Positions 7,450-17,294 are shown, counted from the stretch's first letter. The stretch is 32,000 nucleotides of DNA from Opitutales bacterium (GCA_044433115.1 JAWXTY010000017.1:6382-38381); one strand, 5' to 3'. Program-made: numbers and translations. The notes: generated from the letters alone by a model not told the origin.

Positions 7450-7983
7450 TTATTTTTTGCGTCTATTTCGGTTTTGTAGGATTTTGCGTAGTTTGGGTCT
7501 ATCCTCTTCGCTGACTATGTAGCCGCAGCAGTTTAGAGACCCGCATTTGCATTTGTGGTCTAGGAAGTGTTCTAGGGCGTAGCCGTAGTTAAAGAGAAGT
7601 TCTTCGCCTGCTTTTATATCCTTTGTGGCATAGAAAAATATTTGATTACCCTCTTGTACTGACTCGCAATTTGTCTGGCAGGAGTGATTTATATACTTTG
7701 CGTCGTTATAATCGAATTTGCCATCTATAAAAGTTTCTTCGTCGAGTTCGAATATATAAACAGAGCCATCTTTGGTGATTTCGGCTTGTGCTTCGTATTC
7801 CAAGCCACGCTTGTTTGCTTCGTCCTTGCCGAGTGTTTCGCCAAGATATTCCATAATTTGCGTGCCTTTTTTTATGGGGCATTTTGCAAATACGCCATTT
7901 CCGTGAATTTCCGACTTCTTTATTATATAGAGCTTTTCGTCCATTTTATTTAGGGAATTTTGAGCTTCTAACTTCATCTGCAT
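7450..7983 (-). CDS. SET-domain protein lysine methyltransferase with a post-SET Cys cluster
   Basis: IHGNGVFA (N-SET GxG), INHSCQTNC (NHSCxPN), EELLFNYGY (ELxFDY) and CKCGSLNCCG (post-SET CxCxxxxC). The longest ORF overlaps panB by 38 nt. The internal Met at 7944 (MDEKLYIIKK, 164 aa) starts 1 nt after the panB stop and is the more likely start. Confidence 0.85.
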   Translation of the reverse strand: MQMKLEAQNSLNKMDEKLYIIKKSEIHGNGVFAKCPIKKGTQIMEYLGETLGKDEANKRGLEYEAQAEITKDGSVYIFELDEETFIDGKFDYNDAKYINHSCQTNCESVQEGNQIFFYATKDIKAGEELLFNYGYALEHFLDHKCKCGSLNCCGYIVSEEDRPKLRKILQNRNRRKK

Positions 7984-8725
7984 AGGCAGAAAATGCGTCT
8001 ATAACTGTGTCTTTTAAATTTGCATATTGCTTTGAGAAGCTTGGATATTTGCCTCCTAAGCCCAATATATCTGTGCATACTAAAACCTGCCCATCGCAGT
8101 CAAGACCAGAGCCTATTCCTATTAATGGAATATTTATATTTTCTCTAATTAGGCTTGCAACATCGCTATCACAAAGCTCTAGCACTATGCAAAATACGCC
8201 AGCTTTTTCAAGGGCTTTCGCTTGGGATATTAGAATTTCAGCCTCATTTAGGGTCTTGCCTGCTTTTTTGTATGAGCCTAATTTTAGTATCTGCTGAGGC
8301 TCTAAGCCAATGTGTCCGACTATGGCAATTCCTGCGTCGCTAAGTTTTGCTATCTTCTCTAAAATATCAGGAGTTGCTCCCTCAATCTTTACTGCACTTG
8401 CCCCACCTTCTTGTATCAACGCCCTTGCAGAGTCTAAAAGCCTGTCGAAGCTATAGTGAGCTAAGCCAAAGGGCATATCGCTGACAACTAAAGCCTTTGT
8501 GTTCGCCCTTGCGACTGCCTTTGTGTGGTGTAGCATAGCGTTTAAATCTACGGCAACTGTGCTGTCGTGTCCCAAAAATGTATTGCCTACTGAGTCGCCT
8601 ACAAGAATTATATCTACGTTTGCTGCGTCAGCAAGGCTTGCAAAAAGTGCGTCGTATGCTGTAATCATCACGACTTTTTCTTTGTTCTTTTTGCTTATTA
8701 TGTCTTTTGTAGTAATTTTTTTCAT
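7946..8725 (-). CDS. panB: 3-methyl-2-oxobutanoate hydroxymethyltransferase
   Basis: 259 aa. MITAYDALFASL, ILVGDSVGNTFLGHDST, VVSDMPFG and VKIEG are typical PanB blocks. Confidence 0.9.
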   Translation of the reverse strand: MKKITTKDIISKKNKEKVVMITAYDALFASLADAANVDIILVGDSVGNTFLGHDSTVAVDLNAMLHHTKAVARANTKALVVSDMPFGLAHYSFDRLLDSARALIQEGGASAVKIEGATPDILEKIAKLSDAGIAIVGHIGLEPQQILKLGSYKKAGKTLNEAEILISQAKALEKAGVFCIVLELCDSDVASLIRENINIPLIGIGSGLDCDGQVLVCTDILGLGGKYPSFSKQYANLKDTVIDAFSAYADEVRSSKFPK

Positions 8726-8733
8726 ATTAGTTT

Positions 8734-11700
8734 TTATTTTAAAAATGAGTTTATAAAGCTGTCTGCTGCACCCTTTGCAGAATTTCCAAGAAGCTCGCCT
8801 GCATTTGTTTCTACAGCTTCGAGCGTTCCAAAAATTAGAAAAGGCTTGGTTTTGTGTAGCTTTTCTTTAGTGAGATATTTTTCGTAAATATTTGCCTTTT
8901 TGAATAAATCTGAAATATCGGCATTTTGAGTGTAGGCAGAAATTGCCACCTTTAAGTCCTGCTCATTGATAGGCAAGCCACTTTGATAGGCTATCCTGCC
9001 TAAGCCTATAATAGAGATTTCTCTGTTGTCTATTCTGAGATTTTCTAGTTTTATGTCGAGCGAGCTATCTCTGATTATGCTTGCAGAAAAGTTAGAGTAT
9101 TCAAAATTCTTAAATGTCTCTAATAGCGTATTCGCCGCATTTAGCTCCTTTGCTTTTTTACCTAAAAATCCCCCTGCAATATTTATCAAAGATGACGCCA
9201 TATCGGCAGCTGCCCCCATTGAGCTGTTAGGGTCTATAATGCTTATTGTGCCTCTTCCTATATTGTTTAGGCTTGCTTTGCCTTGTATATTTTCAACTAA
9301 GAGCTTCGCATCTTTAGCCTTGGAATTTAGATTTAAGTCTATCGCCAAAGTTCCATTTATCATAGAATATCCACTGTTGGCATTGTAGCTTAACCTGCTT
9401 GCGTCAATTTTAGGAATATTTATACTAAACTCTTTTAGCTCGTAAGGCTCTGCTTGTTTTTTGTCGAAAATTAGGGAAGATTTAACATTGCCCTTTTCTG
9501 AGCTTGCGAGGGTAAATTGAGTTTTTTCTATACTTACTGAGTCCTCATCTAAAAGTATATTGGAGTTTAACTTTGTGATAATTTTTGCCCCAGATAACTC
9601 TATGTCAGTAAGTTTGAGTTGCAATCTTAGGTCATAGCCAATATCCCAAAATGCTTTTGTGTTTGTGGTAATTTCTTTTGTGGTTGTCTTGATGGGCAAT
9701 GGGCTAGACTTTGCATTTGTTGCCTTTTGGGCGAACTGCATAGCCCTTTCTTTACGCTCTTGTACACTAGGTTTTGCGTCTGTTTGTTTCTTGTATGTAT
9801 TAGAAATACTTGGGGTTGTTATCTCTTCTAAATGAACTGATTTGCTTGTAGCTTTTGCAAGAAAAATCAAATCATCTAAAATTAGATTTATAGATTTAAG
9901 CTCGGCATTTATCTTGTTTCCACTAAGCTTTGACTTGAGGCTATAATCGCTCTTTCCCTGTGGGCTAGTTATATTTAATAGCCCTGTAAAGTTTTTTTCT
10001 GGAGTGGATAAATCAATTTTAGTGTCGAGGTCTATAATTGGAATGTAGCCATTTTCGCTCTTGAGTTTTAGATTAGTTATCTTAGTTCTAGTGCTGAAAA
10101 TATTGTCCTTAAAATCTAAATCAATTTTGGCAAAGGCACTTTGAATATTGTTATAATTTTCGAGTATACCAACCTTCATTAGGGCAGGTATGTATAGGGA
10201 AATTTTGGTGTTCGCCTTTTCTAATTCTCCTCTATTTGTCTCTACATTTATATAGCTAGTTAAGATTTCTGTTCCCTTATATTCAAGCTTGAATTTGTCT
10301 ATATAAGTCTTTGTTTTGTCGCCTGTTTTCTTGTAATCGAAAGAGGCACTTGGCGTTATTCCAGAAAAAATCTCTTGATTATTGTAGCTATAATTCCAAT
10401 TTTCTAGGATTGCAAGTCCCTTTATATTAAGTTCTTCTGGGCTTTTAATTATGTCGACTTCGCCAGATATAGAAGTTGCGTCTATATCTTTTACATAAGC
10501 TTTTAGGGTGCTAAAAGGTAGCGAGTTTGCAATGAGCTTTGCCTTGAAGTTTTTGTTTTGTAGCTCGTAATTTTTTAGAATTAGCTTTTCGCTTAGCTTA
10601 GCTTGCAAAAGGGTGAAATCGCCATTGTGCATATTTAGCTTTAAGTTATCAATTTCTAGTTTTTCGCCAATTTTTTCTATGTCGAGATTTAGGTCTAAGG
10701 TAGAATTTTTAACTTTTTCTAAATTATCTATATGCACTTGAGCTGTACTTAGAAAAATCATAACGCTTCCAGTAGCTGAAATACTTGCAATGCTCTTTTC
10801 TTCGCTACTTTTTAGAGAAACTTTTGCCTTTATTTCTTCATCTTTAGTCCTTATTAAACGCAAGTCTAAATCTGCAAGAAAATTCTTGTTTAGGTCTATG
10901 CTAGAATGTAGTTTAGCTCCTGTAAAAACATCACGAATTAGTATAGCTTCGTTCTTGAGTATTTCTAGTGCTTTAAAATAAATTTCTTCTTTTGAGTCTA
11001 TTATTAAAGCCTTATTTTCTGCGTCTAAAGATAGGCTTAAGTGGGCGTTTATCTTGTTGTCGCTAAAGTCGTAGTCCGACAAATAGCTACGCAAAATGTC
11101 GTAGGGGATATTGTCTATATAGAGGCTTGCAAAGTTTTTAAGATTTTCACTATCAGCAAGTTGATTGTTTTCAATCTCTAGGGGCTTTTCTAGCTTTAGT
11201 TGTGCTAGGATTTCGCCTTCTTTGAACAAATCGGCATCTAAGTTTTTAATGCTAAGGCTATTGCTATCCTTTTTTAGTTCGGCGTTTAGCTTTAAATTAG
11301 AGTTGCTTAAAAAGTTTAATTCTTCTATGGGGCAAATTAAATTGCCTGAGCTTGCGTCGACTCTTAGTATTGCATCTACTTCTTCAAAAAAGTTCTTTGA
11401 TTTTATGTCTACAAAGCTATCTATGTCGAGAGCAAAGGCTGAACTTTTTTGAAATATTTTAGCTAAATCTTCTTTGGAAATTTTGCAAGAACTTAAAATA
11501 CTTAAATCCTTGAAATCTTGGCTGTATTCCAATTTTAACTTTAGCAATTCTTGCCTATTAGAGCTTGCAAGAAGTTCTAAATTTCTGATATTTTCGCTTG
11601 CCTTAACTTGACTAATTAGCTTTAGGTCTTGGTTAAGGAGACCTTCTGAGGCTATGATTTCTAGCCTTAAATTGCTAAGGTCTTTAGGGCTTTTTAGTTT

Positions 11701-12276
11701 TAGGTCTTGGGCGTTTAATTCTAGCTTTGCAAGCTTTTCTGTTTTATTTTCTAAGGAAATTTGAGCTTTTATGTTTTTGATATTTATATTAAAAGGCTTT
11801 TTTGTATTCTTCTTGATTTCCTCTTTAGGAGCTTCTAGCTTAGGGCTTTGCGTGTCGCCTTTTTGCTCGATTTGTGCTACTGTAGGAGCTTGATTATTTT
11901 CTTCTGGCACAAAAGCTTCTGCAAATCTTTTTCTAGGTTTTTCTTTTTTTGCTATATCTATTTTTGCATTTTCAATTTGAATATCTTCTATATTTATTTC
12001 ATTGAAAAGCAGGCTAAAGAGGCTTGAATATTGAATAGAAACGAGGGGGGCTTCTATGTCAAAGTTGTCGTTTGTGATTTTAAGATTAGTTATATTTGCA
12101 GAGCTTAAATTTGCCTTAAAGCTATCTACTTTAACGTTTTCGCCAAAATTTTCGCTCAAAGTTTTTTGTATAAATTCATTCTGCACCTCCTCATTTGTTA
12201 AATAAAAGTATGCAGCAGAAAGGCTAATCGCACTGAGGGCGAATAGGCATAGGCTAATTTTCAAAATAGTTTTCAT
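8734..12276 (-). CDS. Giant envelope protein, AsmA/TamB-like (N-terminal signal anchor with a long repetitive beta-rich body)
   Basis: 1180 aa. It has a single N-terminal hydrophobic anchor (ILKISLCLFALSAISLSAAYFYL), then a K/N/S/L/I-rich repetitive sequence. The C-terminal stretch FSASIIRDSSLDIKLENLRIDNREISIIGLGRIAY resembles the AsmA-like C-terminal region. The family assignment comes from pattern recognition only. Confidence 0.45.
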   Translation of the reverse strand: MKTILKISLCLFALSAISLSAAYFYLTNEEVQNEFIQKTLSENFGENVKVDSFKANLSSANITNLKITNDNFDIEAPLVSIQYSSLFSLLFNEINIEDIQIENAKIDIAKKEKPRKRFAEAFVPEENNQAPTVAQIEQKGDTQSPKLEAPKEEIKKNTKKPFNINIKNIKAQISLENKTEKLAKLELNAQDLKLKSPKDLSNLRLEIIASEGLLNQDLKLISQVKASENIRNLELLASSNRQELLKLKLEYSQDFKDLSILSSCKISKEDLAKIFQKSSAFALDIDSFVDIKSKNFFEEVDAILRVDASSGNLICPIEELNFLSNSNLKLNAELKKDSNSLSIKNLDADLFKEGEILAQLKLEKPLEIENNQLADSENLKNFASLYIDNIPYDILRSYLSDYDFSDNKINAHLSLSLDAENKALIIDSKEEIYFKALEILKNEAILIRDVFTGAKLHSSIDLNKNFLADLDLRLIRTKDEEIKAKVSLKSSEEKSIASISATGSVMIFLSTAQVHIDNLEKVKNSTLDLNLDIEKIGEKLEIDNLKLNMHNGDFTLLQAKLSEKLILKNYELQNKNFKAKLIANSLPFSTLKAYVKDIDATSISGEVDIIKSPEELNIKGLAILENWNYSYNNQEIFSGITPSASFDYKKTGDKTKTYIDKFKLEYKGTEILTSYINVETNRGELEKANTKISLYIPALMKVGILENYNNIQSAFAKIDLDFKDNIFSTRTKITNLKLKSENGYIPIIDLDTKIDLSTPEKNFTGLLNITSPQGKSDYSLKSKLSGNKINAELKSINLILDDLIFLAKATSKSVHLEEITTPSISNTYKKQTDAKPSVQERKERAMQFAQKATNAKSSPLPIKTTTKEITTNTKAFWDIGYDLRLQLKLTDIELSGAKIITKLNSNILLDEDSVSIEKTQFTLASSEKGNVKSSLIFDKKQAEPYELKEFSINIPKIDASRLSYNANSGYSMINGTLAIDLNLNSKAKDAKLLVENIQGKASLNNIGRGTISIIDPNSSMGAAADMASSLINIAGGFLGKKAKELNAANTLLETFKNFEYSNFSASIIRDSSLDIKLENLRIDNREISIIGLGRIAYQSGLPINEQDLKVAISAYTQNADISDLFKKANIYEKYLTKEKLHKTKPFLIFGTLEAVETNAGELLGNSAKGAADSFINSFLK

Positions 12277-12277
12277 T

Positions 12278-13741
12278 TTATAATTTTCTCAAAAGTATTT
12301 TTTCTATGTATAGATAAATAATTAAATTTTCACGCAAGCCATAAAATTCTTCTTGATAATTTTCGCTATCAAAGTTGTCTTTTAGTTCTGGGTTGTCTGT
12401 TACTATAACTTGGGCATTTTTTAATTTTGCAATATCATTATAGCTTATATTTTTGTATTTAATCAAGTAATAAGGTATAGGAAAGGGCGAATTTTTCATA
12501 TCAAAGCTTATGCTTGCCTCGGGATTTTGTGTTTTAATTTGCTCTATGCGACTTAAAAAATTCTTTAAATCGCCCACTGTATGCACGTAAATAAAGGGGT
12601 TTCTAGGATCCATTGCAAAGCGTTGAGTAGCTAGTATGCTAGAGCTTGTCTTTGCGTATAGAGTTAAGGCTAAGGCTATGAAGCTTAAGCACTTAATTGC
12701 TTTGTTCTTGTGCAAAATTCCCACAGAAAATGCGTAGCCAAAAAGTACGCACATAGGCATAATTAAAGATAGCAAAAGCCAAGGTGTTTTGTATGAAATT
12801 AGTGAAAGGATTGAAAAATATATCACACAAAAGCTAGATATATAATTGATAATTTTTTCTCTTTTTATATATCCAATCAATGCTCCAAGTAGGGCAAATA
12901 TCGTTATTGCAAACTCGCCAAAATATACGCCTTGCGACTTTTGAAAGAACAATATTTTTGTGTAGTATAAAAATTCCTTAGAGTGAATTTCGCTCTGAGA
13001 TTTTTCAAAAAAGTGCAAGTAAGAAGCAATTCCATCTACAATTCCCTTAGGGTTTGTGCCAAAAGAGGAGTAGAGTGTTATGTATACTAAAAGGGCAAGA
13101 GCAAAGCTAATTCCTGCTTTTTTTGCAAGGCTGTAATTTAGTTTTAATTTGCTTTTATACGCTAAAATTATGCTTGGAATTAATAGGGCAAAAAGCACAA
13201 TGACAAAAGTTTCTTTGCTAGATTGAGCCAAGCCACAAGCTAGCCCAAGTGCTATAAAATCGCCAAGCTTTTGCCTTGTTATTGCCAAATAAAGGTAGCT
13301 CATTGCTAAGAAAACAAAGAGGCAAAAAAAGATTTCTTGCACAAAGTATAAAGAATACAATATGCTCAGTGCCGAAACGCTCCAGCCTGCTATTGCAATG
13401 CTTATGCAGGCAAAATTTACTTGGCTCTTTAGTGCAAAAAATGCAAGTATGCTAAGCAAAAATATAGGCAAAAGAGTCTTTCTTAAAGAAGAAATTTCGT
13501 GGTTTGGGCTTCTAAAAAGGCTCTCAGTTTTCTTTATAAAATATGCCCAATAATACAAAATGCCCCCATGAGCTCCTTCTGGGCTATATTTGTAAGAATT
13601 TGTTTGATAGAGCTTTATGTAGCAAAGAGCTTGTTCGCCCTCGTCTGCGTGAGCTACTCTACGCTCGCTACAGTCCAACCTCAATTCTACAGCAAAGATA
13701 GAAATTGCAAGTATTAAAAAAACTGCAAATGCCTTATACAT
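12278..13741 (-). CDS. Polytopic membrane protein, GT-C fold glycosyltransferase-like (PMT/ArnT-type, TIGR03663-like)
   Basis: 487 aa with more than 10 hydrophobic segments. The first loop after TM1 carries an acidic motif (HADEGEQA) and Y.YSPEGAHGGILYY, reminiscent of the DE loop and HGP motif of GT39/GT83-like enzymes. The 3' end lies 1 nt from the AsmA-like gene start. Confidence 0.45.
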   Translation of the reverse strand: MYKAFAVFLILAISIFAVELRLDCSERRVAHADEGEQALCYIKLYQTNSYKYSPEGAHGGILYYWAYFIKKTESLFRSPNHEISSLRKTLLPIFLLSILAFFALKSQVNFACISIAIAGWSVSALSILYSLYFVQEIFFCLFVFLAMSYLYLAITRQKLGDFIALGLACGLAQSSKETFVIVLFALLIPSIILAYKSKLKLNYSLAKKAGISFALALLVYITLYSSFGTNPKGIVDGIASYLHFFEKSQSEIHSKEFLYYTKILFFQKSQGVYFGEFAITIFALLGALIGYIKREKIINYISSFCVIYFSILSLISYKTPWLLLSLIMPMCVLFGYAFSVGILHKNKAIKCLSFIALALTLYAKTSSSILATQRFAMDPRNPFIYVHTVGDLKNFLSRIEQIKTQNPEASISFDMKNSPFPIPYYLIKYKNISYNDIAKLKNAQVIVTDNPELKDNFDSENYQEEFYGLRENLIIYLYIEKILLRKL

Positions 13742-14150
13742 TTGAGTTTTTGTCGAAAGCCTCTTTCATAATATTAAAGAAATGAGCAGGAGGCTTCATT
13801 GGTAGGTTTTTTTCATTTACAAAAACGTGTACAGTCTCGCCTGTACAAAGTGTGGTGTCGCCACGCTTGACTTCGTAATTAATAATAATTTTAACAGAAG
13901 GGCGTGTAGCAATTCTTGCAAAGACTTTAAGTTCGTCGTCGAATACAGCAGGTTGAGCGTACTTAAGTTTAGCTTCAATCACAGGCAAGTGGATTTTTGC
14001 CTGCGATAATTCTTTGTAGCTAAGCCCCAAGCTGCCAACGAGTTCCAGTCTAGCCACTTCAAACCACTTCAAGTAGTTTGCGTGATAGACTACCCCCATT
14101 GCGTCTGTTTCGCTAAAACGAACTTTTATCTTTGCAGAACTTTCTATCAT
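13734..14150 (-). CDS. YbgC/FadM-type acyl-CoA thioesterase (hotdog fold)
   Basis: 138 aa. VRFSETDAMGVVYHANYLKWFEVAR is the 4HBT/YbgC catalytic-Asp signature. Confidence 0.8.
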   Translation of the reverse strand: MIESSAKIKVRFSETDAMGVVYHANYLKWFEVARLELVGSLGLSYKELSQAKIHLPVIEAKLKYAQPAVFDDELKVFARIATRPSVKIIINYEVKRGDTTLCTGETVHVFVNEKNLPMKPPAHFFNIMKEAFDKNSNV

Positions 14151-14159
14151 AAGTATTCC

Positions 14160-15407
14160 CTATACTTCGCAAGCAAAGACTTCTTCTAAAGTTTGAGCTC
14201 GTCTAATTTGCCTTATGCTAGAGTCGTCTTCAATCATATATTCGGCTATAGCAGGATAAGAATTGTAGTTTTTGCAACTCATAGAGCTACAATATGCTCC
14301 ACAGCCTTCAATTACGCAAACATCGCCAATCTTAGCCTTTGCCAACTTACGTGGCTTTAAGCCCTCTGGGTCGCCAGCAGCAGGAGTCAAAATATCGCCA
14401 CTTTCGCAACAATGCCCAACTACTATATAATCTTGCTCGCAATCGCACTCTTCTTTTTGTACTATAACTATAGGGTGCTGTGCTCCATATATAGATGGGC
14501 GAAGCAAGTCCGTCATACCAGTATTTAGCTTAATAAATTTGTAGCCCTCAGTACCTGTATCGCACATATCTTGAACTTTGGCTACCACGCTTGCAGTGTT
14601 GGCAAGCAAAAATGTACCAGGCTCTATCTCAAAGTGTAACTTTCTGCCAGTCTCTTTAGCAAAATCTGCAATAGCCTCAGAAATAGGCTGAGCTATAACT
14701 TGTAAATCTGTAGAAACTTCGTCAGCCATTCTACCAACTTTATAGCCCCCACCCATATTCAAAACTTCAACGTCCTTGAATATCCTTACATTATCCAAGC
14801 TCATCTGTGCCACCTTTTGCCAAACTACAGGGTCAGAACCAGAACCAATATGAGTGTGTATCCTTATAATCTTTAAATTATACTTCTCGCAAATCTCTTG
14901 AGCTTGAGGTATATAATCTTTCCATATACCAAAAGAGGAAGCAACTCCACCAACATTAGTTCTATTAGTTCCTCCAGAACCTAAGCCTGGGTTAATTCTT
15001 AGCCCAAGCCTAGTGTTAGGTAGCAACTTGCCAAAAGTTTTCAACTGATGAAGAGAACAAGCATTGAACTTAACTCCCATATTGTACAATTCAACGATGT
15101 CATCTGGTATCTGCTGCGAAGATATAGATATATGCGAAGGCTCAATACCTGCATATATAGCTCTGCGTGCCTCATAGCCACTAGAAGCATCTATATGCAA
15201 TCCCATAGAATTAAATAACTGCAATATAGCCTTGTTCGAACTTGCCTTCATTGCATACCTCACAGTAATCCCAAAAGCATTAGGAAATGCCAACGCCTTC
15301 CTCGCTTGCTCCATTAACCTATCCTTACTATATACATAACAAGGTAAAGCATAATTATTGGCAATATCCAATGCCATCTCTCTACTCAAAAAATTTAACT
15401 TTTCCAT
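14160..15407 (-). CDS. lysA: PLP-dependent group IV decarboxylase, diaminopimelate decarboxylase-like
   Basis: 415 aa. RYAMKASSN (PLP-Lys block, cf. YAvKAN), HTHIGSGS, GGGYKVG, EPGTFLLAN, GHCCESGD and GAYCSSMSCKNYNSYP match the Orn/DAP/Arg decarboxylase family. The substrate cannot be fixed from sequence alone. Confidence 0.65.
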   Translation of the reverse strand: MEKLNFLSREMALDIANNYALPCYVYSKDRLMEQARKALAFPNAFGITVRYAMKASSNKAILQLFNSMGLHIDASSGYEARRAIYAGIEPSHISISSQQIPDDIVELYNMGVKFNACSLHQLKTFGKLLPNTRLGLRINPGLGSGGTNRTNVGGVASSFGIWKDYIPQAQEICEKYNLKIIRIHTHIGSGSDPVVWQKVAQMSLDNVRIFKDVEVLNMGGGYKVGRMADEVSTDLQVIAQPISEAIADFAKETGRKLHFEIEPGTFLLANTASVVAKVQDMCDTGTEGYKFIKLNTGMTDLLRPSIYGAQHPIVIVQKEECDCEQDYIVVGHCCESGDILTPAAGDPEGLKPRKLAKAKIGDVCVIEGCGAYCSSMSCKNYNSYPAIAEYMIEDDSSIRQIRRAQTLEEVFACEV

Positions 15408-15485
15408 TATCCCTACATAATTACAACTTTATCCCCAAAAAACAAGCCAAATTTTTATTAGAAAGGCTTTAGGTAAGGGGCAGTT

Positions 15486-15528
15486 GATGTGTACCCTGCA
15501 AGCCTGTACTGTTTTCAGGGTACACATC
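15486..15528 (-). terminator. Strong stem-loop between dsbD and the lysA-like gene (possible terminator or processing site)
   Basis: GATGTGTACCCTG (15486-15498) is the exact reverse complement of CAGGGTACACATC (15516-15528), with a 17-nt loop. There is no clear U-run, so terminator function is uncertain. Confidence 0.4.
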
Positions 15529-15557
15529 AGGCAGAATGCCACTTGTTTGAAAATTTT

Positions 15558-17264
15558 TTATAAATTATTTATTGCCTTTTCTAGGATTGAGTAAGTTAGG
15601 ATGTTGGGGAGGATTATTGGGTTTTGGGAGTTTTTGTGGTAGAGGAGGTATAGGGGGACTCCGATTGAGCCGAATTTTTCGAGTTCTTGGGCGATGATTG
15701 GGTTGCGTTTAGTCCAGTCTATGCGTAGGAGCTTTATGTTATGTTTTGCAAAGAGTTCTTTTGTAGCTTGGGTGTCTAGGACAAGTTTTTTGTTAGATTG
15801 GCAAGTTACGCACCAAGAGGCAGTAAAGTCTACAAAAACTGTTTCGCCATTGGCTCTAAGTTGGGCTAGTTTATCGAGGGCTTGGGTGGCTTCGTCGTTG
15901 GAGTTGAGGCTTGTTGGGGCTTCTTGGGCTTTATCTATAGAGGCGATTTTGGCTGTGTATATAGATAGGGCAATGAGGAGTATAGAAACAATGCAGGCAG
16001 AGTATCTGCATAGCTTAGAGAAGTGTGGGGCTTGCCATTTTCCGTATATGAATAGGGCTAGAGATAGCAGTAGTACGCTAAATAGTAGGAGGGTCGCTGA
16101 ATCTGGGTTAGTTTGTTTTATGAATACCCAAAATAGCCATATACAAGTTGCGTATAGCAGAAATGCGAGAAATTCTTTAAAAGTGTTTAGCCAATTTCCT
16201 GATTTTGGGAGGAATTTGTGTAGGGCAGGAATGAGGGTAAGGAGCAGATATGGAAATGCCATACCCAAGCCAAGGCAGGTGAATATGCTAATTAGCCTAA
16301 CTATGTCGAAGTCTTCAATGAGGACAGCCCCTACTGCAGTTGCCATATATGGAGCTGTACATGGGCTTGCAACTAGTACAGCGAGTACGCCAGATAAGAA
16401 GCTTTTTATATATTCGTTATGATTTTTATTTGAGTTATTTCCCAAATTACCAAGGCTTGCACCCACTTCAAATAAGCCAGAAAATGATAGGGCTATTGCA
16501 AAGAATAGGAGTATCATAAGGGCGACAAATATTGGTTCTTGGAGTTGGAAACCCCAGCCGTAGTGAATACCCATAGCTTTAAATATTATCAATAAGCCAG
16601 CTAGGGCGAGGAAACTGAGGACTATACCAAGGCTGTAGCTTAGAGCAGATAGGATTGCTTTGGATTTTTCGCCAGAAGCACCCTTTATAAAGCTTAGGAC
16701 TTTTATACCAATTATGGGAAATACGCAGGGCATTAAATTTAAAATCATACCCCCTAAGAACGCCATTAATGCGAGTAGGAATATGCTTTGCTTTTTGCTT
16801 TGCTCTATGCTTTGCTCTTTTAGTTCCACGCTTTGTTTTAGGGATACTTCCCCCACATCACAAGAGTCGGAACATTCGAGCCAAGAGATATTTGCAATAA
16901 TTTCATTGAGGGTTTTCGCCTTGTCGTTTATGTATATGTCAAAAGTGGCTGTGGCGTGATTAGAGTAGCCAGTGGACTTCATATCGGCATATACAAATTC
17001 TTTAGGCTCAGACCAAGTGGAACTTTTTAGCTCAAAGCCTTGAGGTAGCTCTAAATTAAGCTCTGTGGGCAATCCCATTTCCTGCTCATAATTTGCATAA
17101 ATGTGCATATCTTCAGGTATGGCAAAATCCACCTTTAAAGTGATGCTAGAATTTAGTTTAGGCGAACCTTCAATACTTAGACTTGGCACTACTTTTGCTG
17201 CTGCGAAAAGCTGGCAGAAGCTTAAGATTATAAAAAGAATTGTTACAGATATAATGTTTTTCAT
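15558..17264 (-). CDS. dsbD: Thiol:disulfide interchange protein DsbD (protein-disulfide reductase)
   Basis: 568 aa with a signal peptide and an N-terminal DsbD-alpha-like domain. The CcdA-type membrane core carries MPCVFPI and ASPCTAPY, and the C-terminal thioredoxin domain carries WCVTCQ. Confidence 0.9.
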   Translation of the reverse strand: MKNIISVTILFIILSFCQLFAAAKVVPSLSIEGSPKLNSSITLKVDFAIPEDMHIYANYEQEMGLPTELNLELPQGFELKSSTWSEPKEFVYADMKSTGYSNHATATFDIYINDKAKTLNEIIANISWLECSDSCDVGEVSLKQSVELKEQSIEQSKKQSIFLLALMAFLGGMILNLMPCVFPIIGIKVLSFIKGASGEKSKAILSALSYSLGIVLSFLALAGLLIIFKAMGIHYGWGFQLQEPIFVALMILLFFAIALSFSGLFEVGASLGNLGNNSNKNHNEYIKSFLSGVLAVLVASPCTAPYMATAVGAVLIEDFDIVRLISIFTCLGLGMAFPYLLLTLIPALHKFLPKSGNWLNTFKEFLAFLLYATCIWLFWVFIKQTNPDSATLLLFSVLLLSLALFIYGKWQAPHFSKLCRYSACIVSILLIALSIYTAKIASIDKAQEAPTSLNSNDEATQALDKLAQLRANGETVFVDFTASWCVTCQSNKKLVLDTQATKELFAKHNIKLLRIDWTKRNPIIAQELEKFGSIGVPLYLLYHKNSQNPIILPNILTYSILEKAINNL

Positions 17265-17294
17265 ATTATTTTAGATTTTAACTGTATTATAGAT

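Noticed and set aside
15694-16422. A 242-aa ORF on the plus strand. The same applies to other long antisense ORFs such as 24630-25163, 9026-9388, 17504-17863, 25870-26202, 30455-30772, 19904-20209 and 16660-16959.
   Set aside because: Each lies wholly inside, and antisense to, a gene with a clear family signature (dsbD, pfkB, AsmA-like, mreB, kinase, PP2C, mrdA). Their S/L/F/A/R-rich low-complexity translations carry no recognisable motif. This is typical of shadow ORFs.
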